In this document: piece after piece, positions 1-12,600 of the stretch
Layout: the number at the start of each line of letters is the position of its first letter
Numbering within the stretch: position 1 is the stretch's first letter
Source: Euglena gracilis
Taxonomy: Eukaryota
Reading direction: 5' to 3'
NCBI GenBank assembly: GCA_039621445.1
Contig: CP154954.1
Location: forward strand, 35,263,703 to 35,327,702
DNA length: 64,000 bases
The notes under the pieces: generated by a model
What the model saw: only the letters and a program-made list of their open reading frames with translations
What the model was told of the DNA's origin: nothing
Databases searched by the model: none
Program-made: the position numbers and the translations under genes

Positions 1-3000
1 GGTCGAATGCACCCATCTAAATCTGCTCATTTCTTGCAACCAACATTCCCGCTGCATGTTTTTCTTACCATTAAACCACGACAATCATGAAACCAACGGG
101 TCCCCTGACTTTGGAGGCCTCCTGGAACACCCATTCGGTTACTCGGAGTAAGGCCCAATTTGGTCCATTTTTACATGGTAACCTGGGCTGACCAGGTAAA
201 TGTCCACCGGAATGGTCGAATGCACCCATCTAAATCTGCTCATTTCTTGCAACCAACATTCCCGCTGCATGTTTTTCTTACCATTAAACCACGACAATCA
301 TGAAACCAACGGGTCCCCTGACTTTGGAGGCCTCCTGGAACACCCATTCCGTAACTCGGAGTAAGGCCCAATTTGGTCCATTTTTACATGGTAACCTGGG
401 CTGACCTGGTAAATGTCCCCCGGAATGGTCGAATGCACCCATCTAAATCTGCTCATTTCTTGCAACCAACATTCCCGCTGCATGTTGTTCTTACCATTAA
501 ACCACGACAATCATGAAACCAACGGGTCCCCTGACTTTGGAGGCCTCCTGGAACACCCATTCGGTTACTCGGAGTAAGGCCCAATTTGGTCCATTTTTAC
601 ATGGTAACCTGGGCTGACCTGGTAAATGTCTCCCGGAATGGTCGAATGCACCCATCTAAATCTGCTCATTTCAAGCAACCAACCTTCCGGTTGCATGTTT
701 TTCTTACCATTAAACCACGACAATCATGAAACCAACGGGTCCCCTGACTTTGGAGGCCTCCTGGAACACCCGTTCCGTAAACTCGGAGTAAGGCCCAATT
801 TGCTCCATTTTTACATGGTAACCTGGGCTGACCTGGTAAATGTCCCCCGGAATGGTCGAATGCACCCATCTAAATCTGCTCATTTCTTGCAACCAACATT
901 CCCGCTGCATGTTTTTCTTACCATTAAACCACGACAATCATGAAACCAACGGGTCCCCTGGCTTTGGAGGCCTCCTGGAACACCCATTCGGTTACTCGGA
1001 GTAAGGCCCAATTTGGTCCAGTTTTACATGGTAACCTGGGCTGACCTGGTAAATGTCCGCCGGAATGGTCGAATGCACCCATCTAAATCTGCTCATTTCT
1101 TGCAACCAACATGCCCGCTGCATGTTTTTCTTACCATTAAACCACGACAATCATGAAACCAACGGGTCCCCTGACTTTGGAGGCCTCCTCGAACACCCAT
1201 TCGGTTACTCGGAGTTTGGTCCATTTTTACATGGTAACCGGGGCTGACCTGGTAAATGTCCCCCGGAATGGTCGAATGCACCCATCTAAATCTGCTCATT
1301 TCTTGCAACCAACATTCCCGCTGCATGTTTTTCTTACCATTAAACCACGACAATCATGAAACCAACGGGTCCCCTGACTATGGAGGCCTCCTGGAACACC
1401 CATTCGGTTACTCGGAGTAAGGCCCAATTTGGTCCATTTTTACATGGTAACCTGGGCTGACCAGGTAAATGTCCGCCGGAATGGTCGAATGCACCCATCT
1501 TAATCAGCTCATTTCTTGCAACCAACATTCCCGCTGCATGTTTTTCTTACCATTAAACCACGACAATCATGAAACCAACGGGTCCCCTGACCTTGGAGGC
1601 CTCCTCGAACACCCATTCGGTTACTCGGAGTTTGGTCCATTTTTACATGGTAACCGGGGCTGACCTGGTAAATGTCCCCGGGAATGGTCGAATGCACCCA
1701 TCTAAATCTGCTCATTTCTTGCAACCAACCTTCCGGTTGCATGTTTTTCTTGCCATTAAACCACGACAATCATGAAACCAACGGGTCCCCTGACTTTGGA
1801 GGCCTCCTGGAACACCCATTCGGCTACTCGGAGTAAGGCCCAATTTGGTCCATTTTTACATGTTAATTTGGGCTGACCTGGTAAATGTCCCCCGGAATGG
1901 TCGAATGCACCCATCTAAATCTGCTCATTTCCTGCAACCAACCTACCGGCTGCATGTTTTTCTTACCATTAAACCACGACAATCATGAAACCAACGGGTC
2001 CCCTGACTTTGGAGGCCTCCTCGAACACCCATTCGGTTACTCGGAGTAAGGCCCAATTTGGTCCATTTTTACATGGTAACCTGGGCTGACCAGGTAAATG
2101 TCCACCGGAATGGTCGAATGCACCCATCTATATCTGCTCATTTCTTGCAACCAACATTCCCGCTGCATGTTTTTCTTACCATTAAACCACGACAATCATG
2201 AAACCAACGGGTCCCCTGACTTTGGAGGCCTCCTGGAACACCCATTCGGTTACTCGGAGTAAGGCCCAAATGTCCCCCGGAATGGTCGAATGCACCCACC
2301 TAAATGTGCTCATTTCTTGCAACCAACATTCCCGCTGCATGTTTTTCTTACTAATAAACCACTGAAATCATGAAACCAACGGGTCCCCTGACTTTGGAGG
2401 CCTCCTGGAACACCCATTCGGTTACTCGGAGTAAGGCCCAACTGGGTCCATTTTTACATGGTAACCTGGGCTGACCTGGTAAATGTCCCCCGGAATGGTC
2501 GAATGCACCCAACTAAATCTGCTCATTTCTTGCAACCAACATTCCCGCTGCATGTTGTTCTTACCATTAAACCACGACAATCATGAAACCAACGGGTCCC
2601 CTGACTTTGGAGGCCTCCTGGAACACCCATTCGGTAACTCGGAGTAAGGCCCAATTTGGTCCATTTTTACATGGTAACCTGGGCTGACCTGGTAAATGTC
2701 CCCCGGAATGGTCGAATGCACCCATCTAAATCTGCTCATTTCTTGCAACCAACATTCCCGCTGCATGTTGTTCTTACCATTAAACCACGACAATCATGAA
2801 ACCAACGGGTCCCCTGACTTTGGAGGCCTCCTGGAACACCCATTCGGTTACTCGGAGTAAGGCCCAATTTGGTCCATTTTTACATGGTAACCTGGGCTGA
2901 CCTGGTAAATGTCCCCCGGAATGGTCGAATGCACCCAACTAAATCTGCTCATTTCTTGCAACCAACATTCCCGCTGCATGTTGTTCTTACCATTAAACCA

Positions 3001-6000
3001 CGACAATCATGAAACCAACGGGTCCCCTGACTTTGGAGGCCTCCTGGAACACCCATTCGGTTACTCGGAGTAAGGCCCAACTGGGTCCATTTTTACATGG
3101 TAACCTGGGCTGACCTGGTAAATGTCCCCCGGAATGGTCAAATGCACCCAACTAAATCTGCTCATTTCTTGCAACCAACATTCCCGCTGCATGTTGTTCT
3201 TACCATTAAACCACGACAATCATGAAACCAACGGGTCCCCTGACTTTGGAGGCCTCCTGGAACACCCATTCGGTAACTCGGAGTAAGGCCCAATTTGGTC
3301 CATTTTTACATGGTAACCTGGGCTGACCTGGTAAATGTCCCCCGGAATGGTCGAATGCACCCATCTAAATCTGCTCATTTCTTGCAACCAACATTCCCGC
3401 TGCATGTTTTTCTTACAATTAAACCACGACAATCATGAAACCAACGGGTCCCCTGACTTTGGAGGCCTCCTGGAACACCCATTCGGTTACTCGGAGTAAG
3501 GCCCAATTTGGTCCATTTTTGCATGGTAACCTGGGCTGACCTGGTAAATGTCCCCCGGAATGGTCGAATGCACCCAACTAAATCTGCTCATTTCTTGAAA
3601 CCAACATTCCCGCTGCATGTTGTTCTTACCATTAAACCACGACAATCATGAAACCAACGGGTCCCCTGACTTTGGAGGCCTCCTGGAACACCCATTCGGT
3701 AACTCGGAGTAAGGCCCAATTTGGTCCATTTTTGCATGGTAACCTGGGCTGACCTGGTAAATGTCCCCCGGAATGGTCGAATGCACCCATCTAAATGTGC
3801 TCATTTCTTGCAACCAACATTCCCGCTGCATGTTTTTCTTACCATTAAACCACTGAAATCATGAAACCAACGGGTCCCCTGACTTTGGAGGCCTCCTGGA
3901 ACACCCATTTGGTTACTCGGAGTAAGGCCCAACTGGGTCCATTTTTACATGGTAACCTGGGCTGACCTGGTAAATGTCCCCCGGAATGGTCGAATGCACC
4001 CATCTAAATGTGCTCATTTCTTGCAACCAACATTCCCGCTGCATGTTGTTCTTACCATTAAACCACGACAATCATGACACCAACGGGTCCCCTGACTTTG
4101 GAGGCCTCCTGGAACACCCATTCGGTAACTCGGAGTAAGGCCCAATTTGGTCCATTTTTGCATGGTAACCTGGGCTGACCTGGTAAATGTCCCCCGGAAT
4201 GGTCGAATGCACCCATCTAAATGTGCTCATTTCTTGCAACCAACATTCCCGCTGCATGTTTTTCTTACCATTAAACCACGACAATCATGAAACCAACGGG
4301 TCCCCTGACTTTGGAGGCCTCCTGGAACACCCATTCGGTAACTCGGAGTAAGGCCCAATTTGGTCCTTTTTTGCATGGTAACCTGGGCTGACCTGGTAAA
4401 TGTCCCCCGGAATGGTCGAATGCACCCACCTAAATGTGCTCATTTCTTGCCACCAACATTCCCGCTGCATGTTTTTCTTACCATTAAACCACGACAATCA
4501 TGAAACCAACGGGTCCCCTGACTTTGGAGGCCTCCTGGAACACCCATTCGGTTACTCGGAGTAAAGCCCAATTTGGTCCATTTTTACATGGTAACCTGGG
4601 CTGACCTGGTAAATGTCCCCCGGAATGGTCGAATGCACCCATCTAAATCTGCTCATTTCTTGCAACCAACATTCCCGCTGCATGTTTTTCTTACAATTAA
4701 ACCACGACAATCATGAAACCAACGGGTCCCCTGACTTTGGAGGCCCCCTGGAACACCCATTCGGTAACTCGGAGTAAGGCCCAATTTGGTCCATTTTTGC
4801 ATGGTAACCTGGGCTGACCTGGTGAATGTCCCCCGGAATGGTCGAATGCACACATCTAAATGTGCTCATTTCTTGCAACCAACATTCCCGCTGCATGTTT
4901 TTCTTACCATTAAACCACGACAATCATGACACCAACGGGTCCCCTGACTTTGGAGGCCTCCTGGAACACCCATTCGGTAACTCGGAGTAAGGCCCAATTT
5001 GGTCCATTTTTGCATGGTAACCTGGGCTGACCTGGTAAATGTCCCCCGGAATGGTCGAATGCACCCACCTAAATGTGCTCATTTCTTGCAACCAACATTC
5101 CCGCTGCATGTTTTTCTTACCATTAAACCACGACAATCATGAAACCAACGGGTCCCCTGACTTTGGAGGCCTCCTGGAACACCCATTCGGTTACTCGGAG
5201 TAAAGCCCAATTTGGTCCATTTTTACATGGTAACCTGGGCTGACCTGGTGAATGTCCCCCGGAATGGTCGAATGCACCCATCTAAATGTGCTCATTTCTT
5301 GCAACCAACATTCCCGCTGCATGTTTTTCTTACCGTTAAACCACGACAATCATGACACCAACGGGTCCCCTGACTTTGGAGGCCTCCTGGAACACCCATT
5401 CGGTAACTCGGAGTAAGGCCCAATTTGGTCCATTTTTGCATGGTAACCTGGGCTGACCTGGTAAATGTCCCCCGGAATGGTCGAATGCACCCATCTAAAT
5501 GTGCTCATTTCTTGCAACCAACATTCCCGCTGCATGTTTTTCTTACCATTAAACCACGACAATCATGACACCAACGGGTCCCCTGACTTTGGAGGCCTCC
5601 TGGAACACCCATTCAGTTACTCGGAGTAAGGCCCAATTTGGTCCATTTTGCATGGTAACCTGGGCTGACCTGGTAAATGTCCCCCGGAATGGTCGAATGC
5701 ACCCACCTAAATGTGCTCATTTCTTGCAACCAACATTCCCGCTGCATGTTTTTCTTACCATTAAACCACGACAATCATAAAACCAACGGGTCCCCTGACT
5801 TTGGAGGCCTCCTGGAACACCCATTCGGTTACTCGGAGTAAGGCCCAATTTGGTCCATTTTTACATGGTAACCTGGGCTGACCTGGTAAATGTCCCCCGG
5901 AATGGTCGAATGCACCCATCTAAATGTGCTCATTTCTTGCAACCAACATTCCCGCTGCATGTTTTTCTTACCATTAAACCACGACAATCATGAAACCAAC

Positions 6001-9000
6001 GGGTCCCCTGACTTTGGAGGCCTCCTGGAACACCCATTCGGTAACTCGGAGTAAGGCCCAATTTGGTCCATTTTTGCATGGTAACCTGGGCTGACCTGGT
6101 AAATGTCCCCCGGAATGGTCGAATGCACCCACCTAAATGTGCTCATTTCTTGCAACCAACATTCCCGCTGCATGTTTTTCTTACCATTAAACCACGACAA
6201 TCATGAAACCAACGGGTCCCCTGACTTTGGAGGCCTCCTGGAACACCCATTCGGTTACTCGGAGTAAAGCCCAATTTGGTCCATTTTTACATGGTAACCT
6301 GGGCTGACCTGGTAAATGTCCCCCGGAATGGTCGAATGCACCCATCTAAATCTGCTCATTTCTTGCAACCAACATTCCCGCTGCATGTTTTTCTTACCAT
6401 TAAACCACGACAATCATGAAACCAACGGGTCCGCTGACTTTGGAGGCCTCCTGGAACACCCATTCGGTAACTCTGAGTACGGCCCAATTTGGTCCATTTT
6501 TGCATGGTAACCTGGGCTGACCTGGTAAATGTCCCCCGGAATGGTCGAATGCACCCATCAAAATGTGCTCATTTCTTGCAACCAACATTCCCGCTGCATG
6601 TTTTTCTTACCATTAAACCACGACAATCATGAAACCAACAGGTCCCCTGACTTTGGAGGCCTCCTGGAACACCCATTCGGTTACTCGGAGTAAGGCCCAA
6701 TTTGGTCAATTTTTGCATGGTAACCTGGGCTGACCTGGTAAATGTCCCCCGGAATGGTCGAATGCACCCATCTAAATCTGCTCATTTCTTGCAACCAACA
6801 TTCCCGCTGCATGTTTTTCTTACCATTAAACCACGACAATCATGAAACCAACGGGTCCCCTGACTTTGGAGGCCTCCTGGAACACCCATTCGGTTACTCG
6901 GAGTAAGGCCCAATTTGGTCAATTTTTGCATGGTAACCTGGGCTGACCTGGTAAATGTCCCCCGGAATGGTCGAATGCACCCATCTAAATCTGCTCATTT
7001 CTTGCAACCAACATTCCCGCTGCATGTTTTTCTTACCATTGAACCACGACAATCATGAAACCAACGGGTCCCCTGACTTTGGAGGCCTCCTGGAACACCC
7101 ATTCGGTTACTCGGAGTAAGGCCCAATTTGGTCAATTTTTGCATGGTAACCTGGGCTGACCTGGTAAATGTCCCCCGGAATGGTCGAATGCACCCATCTA
7201 AATCTGCTCATTTCTTGCAATTAACATTCCCGCTGCATGTTTTTCTTACCATTAAACCACGACAATCATGAAACCAACGGGTCCCCTGACTTTGGAGGCC
7301 TCCTGGAACACCCATTCGGTTACTCGGAGTAAGGCCCAATTTGGTCCATTTTTACATGGTAACCTGGGCTGACCTGGTAAATGTCCCCCGGAATGGTCGA
7401 ATGCACCCATCTAAATCTGCTCATTTCTTGCAACCAACATTCCCGCTGCATGTTTTTCTTACCATTAAACCACGACAATTATGAAACCAACGGGTCCCCT
7501 GACTTTGGAGGCCTCCTGGAACACCCATTCGGTAACTCGGAGTAAGGCCCAATTTGGTCCATTTTTGCATGGTAACCTGGGCTGACCTGGTAAATGTCCC
7601 CCGGAATGGTCGAATGCACCCACCTAAATGTGCTCATTTCTTGCAACCAACATTCCCGCTGCATGTTTTTCTTACCATTAAACCACGACAATCATGAAAC
7701 CAACGGGTCCCCTGACTTTGGAGGCCTCCTGGAACACCCATTCGGTTACTCGGAGTAAAGCCCAATTTGGTCCATTTTTACATGGTAACCTGGGCTGACC
7801 TGGTGAATGTCCCCCGGAATGGTCGAATGCACCCATCTAAATGTGCTCATTTCTTGCAACCAACATTCCCGCTGCATGTTTTTCTTACCATTAAACCACG
7901 ACAATCATGACACCAACGGGTCCCCTGACTTTGGAGGCCTCCTGGAACACCCATTCGGTAACTCGGAGTAAGGCCCAATTTGGTCCATTTTTGCATGGTA
8001 ACCTGGGCTGACCTGGTAAATGTCCCCCGGAATGGTCGAATGCACCCATCTAAATGTGCTCATTTCTTGCAACCAACATTCCCGCTGCATGTTTTTCTTA
8101 CCATTAAACCACGACAATCATGACACCAACGGGTCCCCTGACTTTGGAGGCCTCCTGGAACACCCATTCGGTAACTCGGAGTAAGGCCCAATTTGGTCCA
8201 TTTTTGCATGGTAACCTGGGCTGACCTGGTAAATGTCCCCCGGAATGGTCGAATGCACCCACCTAAATGTGCTCATTTCTTGCAACCAACATTCCCGCTG
8301 CATGTTTTTCTTACCATTAAACCACGACAATCATGAAACCAACGGGTCCCCTGACTTTGGAGGCCTCCTGGAACACCCATTCGGTTACTCGGAGTAAGGC
8401 CCAATTTGGTCCATTTTTACATGGTAACCTGGGCTGACCTGGTAAATGTCCCCCGGAATGGTCGAATGCACCCATCTAAATGTGCTCATTTCTTGCAACC
8501 AACATTCCCGCTGCATGTTTTTCTTACCATTAAACCACGACAATCATGACACCAACGGGTCCCCTGACTTTGGAGGCCTCCTGGAACACCCATTCGGTAA
8601 CTCGGAGTACGGCCCAATTTGGTCCATTTTTGCATGGTAACCTGGGCTGACCTGGTAAATGTCCCCCGGAATGGTCGAATGCACCCACCTAAATGTGCTC
8701 ATTTCTTGCAACCAACATTCCCGCTGCATGTTTTTCTTACCATTAAACCACGACAATCATGAAACCAACGGGTCCCCTGACTTTGGAGGCCTCCTGGAAC
8801 ACCCATTCGGTTACTCGGAGTAAGGCCCAATTTGGTCCATTTTTACATGGTAACCTGGGCTGACCTGGTAAATGTCCCCCGGAATGGTCGAATGCACCCA
8901 TCTAAATCTGCTCATTTCTTGCAACCAACATTCCCGCTGCATGTTTTTCTTACAATTAAACCACGACAATCATGAAACCAACGGGTCCGCTGACTTTGGA

Positions 9001-9408
9001 GGCCTCCTGGAACACCCATTCGGTAACTCGGAGTACGGCCCAATTTGGTCCATTTTTACATGGTAACCTGGGCTGACCTGGTAAATGTCCCCCGGAATGG
9101 TCGAATGCACCCACAAAAATGTGCTCATTTCTTGCAACCAACATTCCCGCTGCATGTTTTTCTTACCATTAAACCACGACAATCATGAAACCAACGGGTC
9201 CCCTGACTTTGGAGGCCTCCTGGAACACCCATTCGGTTACTCGGAGTAAGGCCCAATTTGGTCCATTTTTTGCATGGTAACCTGGGCTGACCTGGTAAAT
9301 GTCCCCCGGAATGGTCGAATGCACCCATCTAAATCTGCTCATTTCTTGCAACCAACATTCCCGCTGCATGTTTTTCTTACCATTAAACCACGACAATCAT
9401 GAAACCAA
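1..9408 (+). repeat. Satellite block 1, forward orientation (defined by the monomer at position 1)
   Basis: Continuous head-to-tail monomers ending ...CATGAAACCAA at 9408. Confidence 0.97.
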
Positions 9409-9649
9409 GGAGGCCTCCAAAGTCAGGGGACCCGTTGGTTTCATGATTGTCGTGGTTTAATGGTAAGAAAAACATGCAGCGGGAATGTTGGTTGCAAGAA
9501 ATGAGCAGATTTAGATGGGTGCATTCGACCATTCCGGGGGACATTTACCAGGTCAGCCCAGGTTACCATGCAAAAATTGACCAAATTGGGCCTTACTCCG
9601 AGTAACCGAATGGGTGTTCCAGGAGGCCTCCAAAGTCAGGGGACCCGTT
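9409..9649 (-). repeat. Short inverted satellite segment (~241 bp)
   Basis: GGAGGCCTCCAAAGTCAGGGG...GGACCCGTT is the reverse complement of the monomer. Forward sequence resumes with AACACCCATTC at 9650. Confidence 0.95.
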
Positions 9650-12600
9650 AACACCCATTCGGTTACTCGGAGTAAAGCCCAATTTGGTCCATTTTTACAT
9701 GGTAACCTGGGCTGACCTGGTAAATGTCCCCCGGAATGGTCGAATGCACCCATCTAAATCTGCTCATTTCTTGCAATTGAACATTCCCGCTGCATGTTTT
9801 TCTTACCATTAAACCACGACAATCATGAAACCAACGGGTCCCCTGACTTTGGAGGCCTCCTGGAACACCCATTCGGTTACTCGGAGTAAGGCCCAATTTG
9901 GTCCATTTTTACATGGTAACCTGGGCTGACCTGGTAAATGTCCCCCGGAATGGTCGAATGCACCCATCTAAATCTGCTCATTTCTTGCAACCAACATTCC
10001 CGCTGCATGTTTTTCTTACAATTAAACCACGACAATTATGAAACCAACGGGTCCCCTGACTTTGGAGGCCTCCTGGAACACCCATTCGGTAACTCGGAGT
10101 AAGGCCCAATTTGGTCCATTTTTACATGGTAACCTGGGCTGACCTGGTAAATGTCCCCCGGAATGGTCGAATGCACCCATCTAAGTCTGCTCATTTCTTG
10201 CAACCAACATTCCCGCTGCATGTTTTTCTTACCATTAAACCACGACAATCATGAAACCAACGGGTTCCCTGACTTTGGAGGCCTCCTGGAACACCCATTC
10301 GGTTACTCGGAGTAAGGCCCAATTTGGTCCATTTTTGCATGGTAACCTGGGCTGACCTGGTAAATGTCCCCCGGAATGGTCGAGTGCACCCATCTAAATG
10401 TGCTCATTTCTTGCAACCAACATTCCCGCTGCATGTTTTTCTTACGATTAAACCACGACAATCATGAAACCAACGGGTCCCCTGACTTTGGAGGCCTCCT
10501 GGAACACCCATTCGGTTACTCGGAGTAAGGCCCAATTTGGTCCATTTTTACATGGTAACCTGGGCTGACCTGGTAAATGTCCCCCGGAATGGTCGAATGC
10601 ACCCATATAAATGTGCTCATTTCTTGAAACCAACATTCCCGCTGCATGTTTTTCTTACCATTAAACCACGACAATCATGAATCCAACGGGTCCCCTGACT
10701 TTGGAGGCCTCCTGGAACACCCATTCGGTTACTCGGAGTAAAGCCCAATTTGGTCCATTTTTACATGGTAACCTGGGCTGACCTGGTAAATGTCCCCCGG
10801 AATGGTCGAATGCACCCATCTAAATCTGCTCATTTCTTGCAACCAACATTCCCGCTGCATGTTTTTCTTACAATTAAACCACGACAATCATGAAACCAAC
10901 GGGTCCCCTGACTTTGGAGGCCTCCTGGAACACCCATTCGGTTACTCGGAGTAAGGCCCAATTTGGTCCATTTTTGCATGGTAACCTGGGCTGACCTGGT
11001 GAATGTCCCCCGGAATGGTCGAATGCACCCATCTAAATGTGCTCATTTCTTGCAACCAACATTCCCGCTGCATGTTTTTCTTACCATTAAACCACGACAA
11101 TCATGACACCAACGGGTCCCCTGACTTTGGAGGCCTCCTGGAACACCCATTCGGTAACTCGGAGTAAGGCCCAATTTGGTCCATTTTTGCATGGTAACCT
11201 GGGCTGACCTGGTAAATGTCCCCCGGAATGGTCGAATGCACCCACCTAAATGTGCTCATTTCTTGCAACCATCATTCCCGCTGCATGTTTTTCTTACCAT
11301 TAAACCACGACAATCATGAAACCAACGGGTCCCCCGACTTTGGAGGCCTCCTGGAACACCCATTCGGTAACTCGGAGTAAGGCCCAATTTGGTCCATTTT
11401 TACATGGTAACCTGGGCTGACCTGGTAAATGTCCCCCGGAATGGTCGAATGCACCCATCTAAATTTGCTCATTTCTTGCAACCAACCTTCCCGCTGCATG
11501 TTTTTCTTACCATTAAACCACGACAATCATGAAACCAACGGGTCCCCTGACTTTGGAGGCCTCCTGGAACACCCATTCGGTAACTCGGAGTAAGGCCCAA
11601 TTTGGTCCATTTTTGCATGGTAACCTGGGCTGACCTGGTAAATGTCCCCCTGAATGGTCGAATGCACCCACCTAAATGTGCTCATTTTTTGCAACCAACA
11701 TTCCCGCTGCATGTTTTTCTTACCATTAAACCACGACAATCATGAAACCAACGGGTCCCCTGACTTTGGAGGCCTCCTGGAACACCCATTCGGTTACTCG
11801 GAGTAAGGCCCAATTTGGTCAATTTTTGCATGGTAACCTGGGCTGACCTGGTAAATGTCCCCCGGAATGGTCGAATGCACCCATCTAAATCTGCTCATTT
11901 CTTGCAACCAACATTCCCGCTGCATGTTTTTCTTACCATTAAACCACGACAATCATGAAACCAACGGGTCCCCTGACTTTGGAGGCCTCCTGGAACACCC
12001 ATTCGGTTACTCGGAGTAAGGCCCAATTTGGTCCATTTTTACATGGTAACCTGGGCTGACATGGTAAATGTCCCCCGGAATGGTCGAATGCACCCATCTA
12101 AATCTGCTCATTTCTTGCAACCAACATTCCCGCTGCATGTTTTTCTTACCATTAAACCACGACAATCATGAAACCAACGGGTCCCCTGACTTTGGAGGCC
12201 TCCTGGAACACCCATTCGGTTACTCGGAGTAAGGCCCAATTTGGTCCATTTTTACATGGTAACCTGGGCTGACCTGGTAAATGTCCCCCGGAATGGTCGA
12301 ATGCACCCATCTAAATCTGCTCATTTCTTGCAACCAACATTCCCGCTGCATGTTTTTCTTACCATTAAACCACGACAATCATGAAACCAACGGGTCCCCT
12401 GACTTTGGAGGCCTCCTGGAACACCCATTCGGTTACTCGGAGTAAGGCCCAATTTGGTCCATTTTTACATGGTAACCTGGGCTGACCTGGTAAATGTCCC
12501 CCGGAATGGTCGAGTGCACCCATCTAAATGTGCTCATTTCTTGCAACCAACATTCCCGCTGCATGTTATTCTTACCATTAAACCACGACAATCATGAAAC

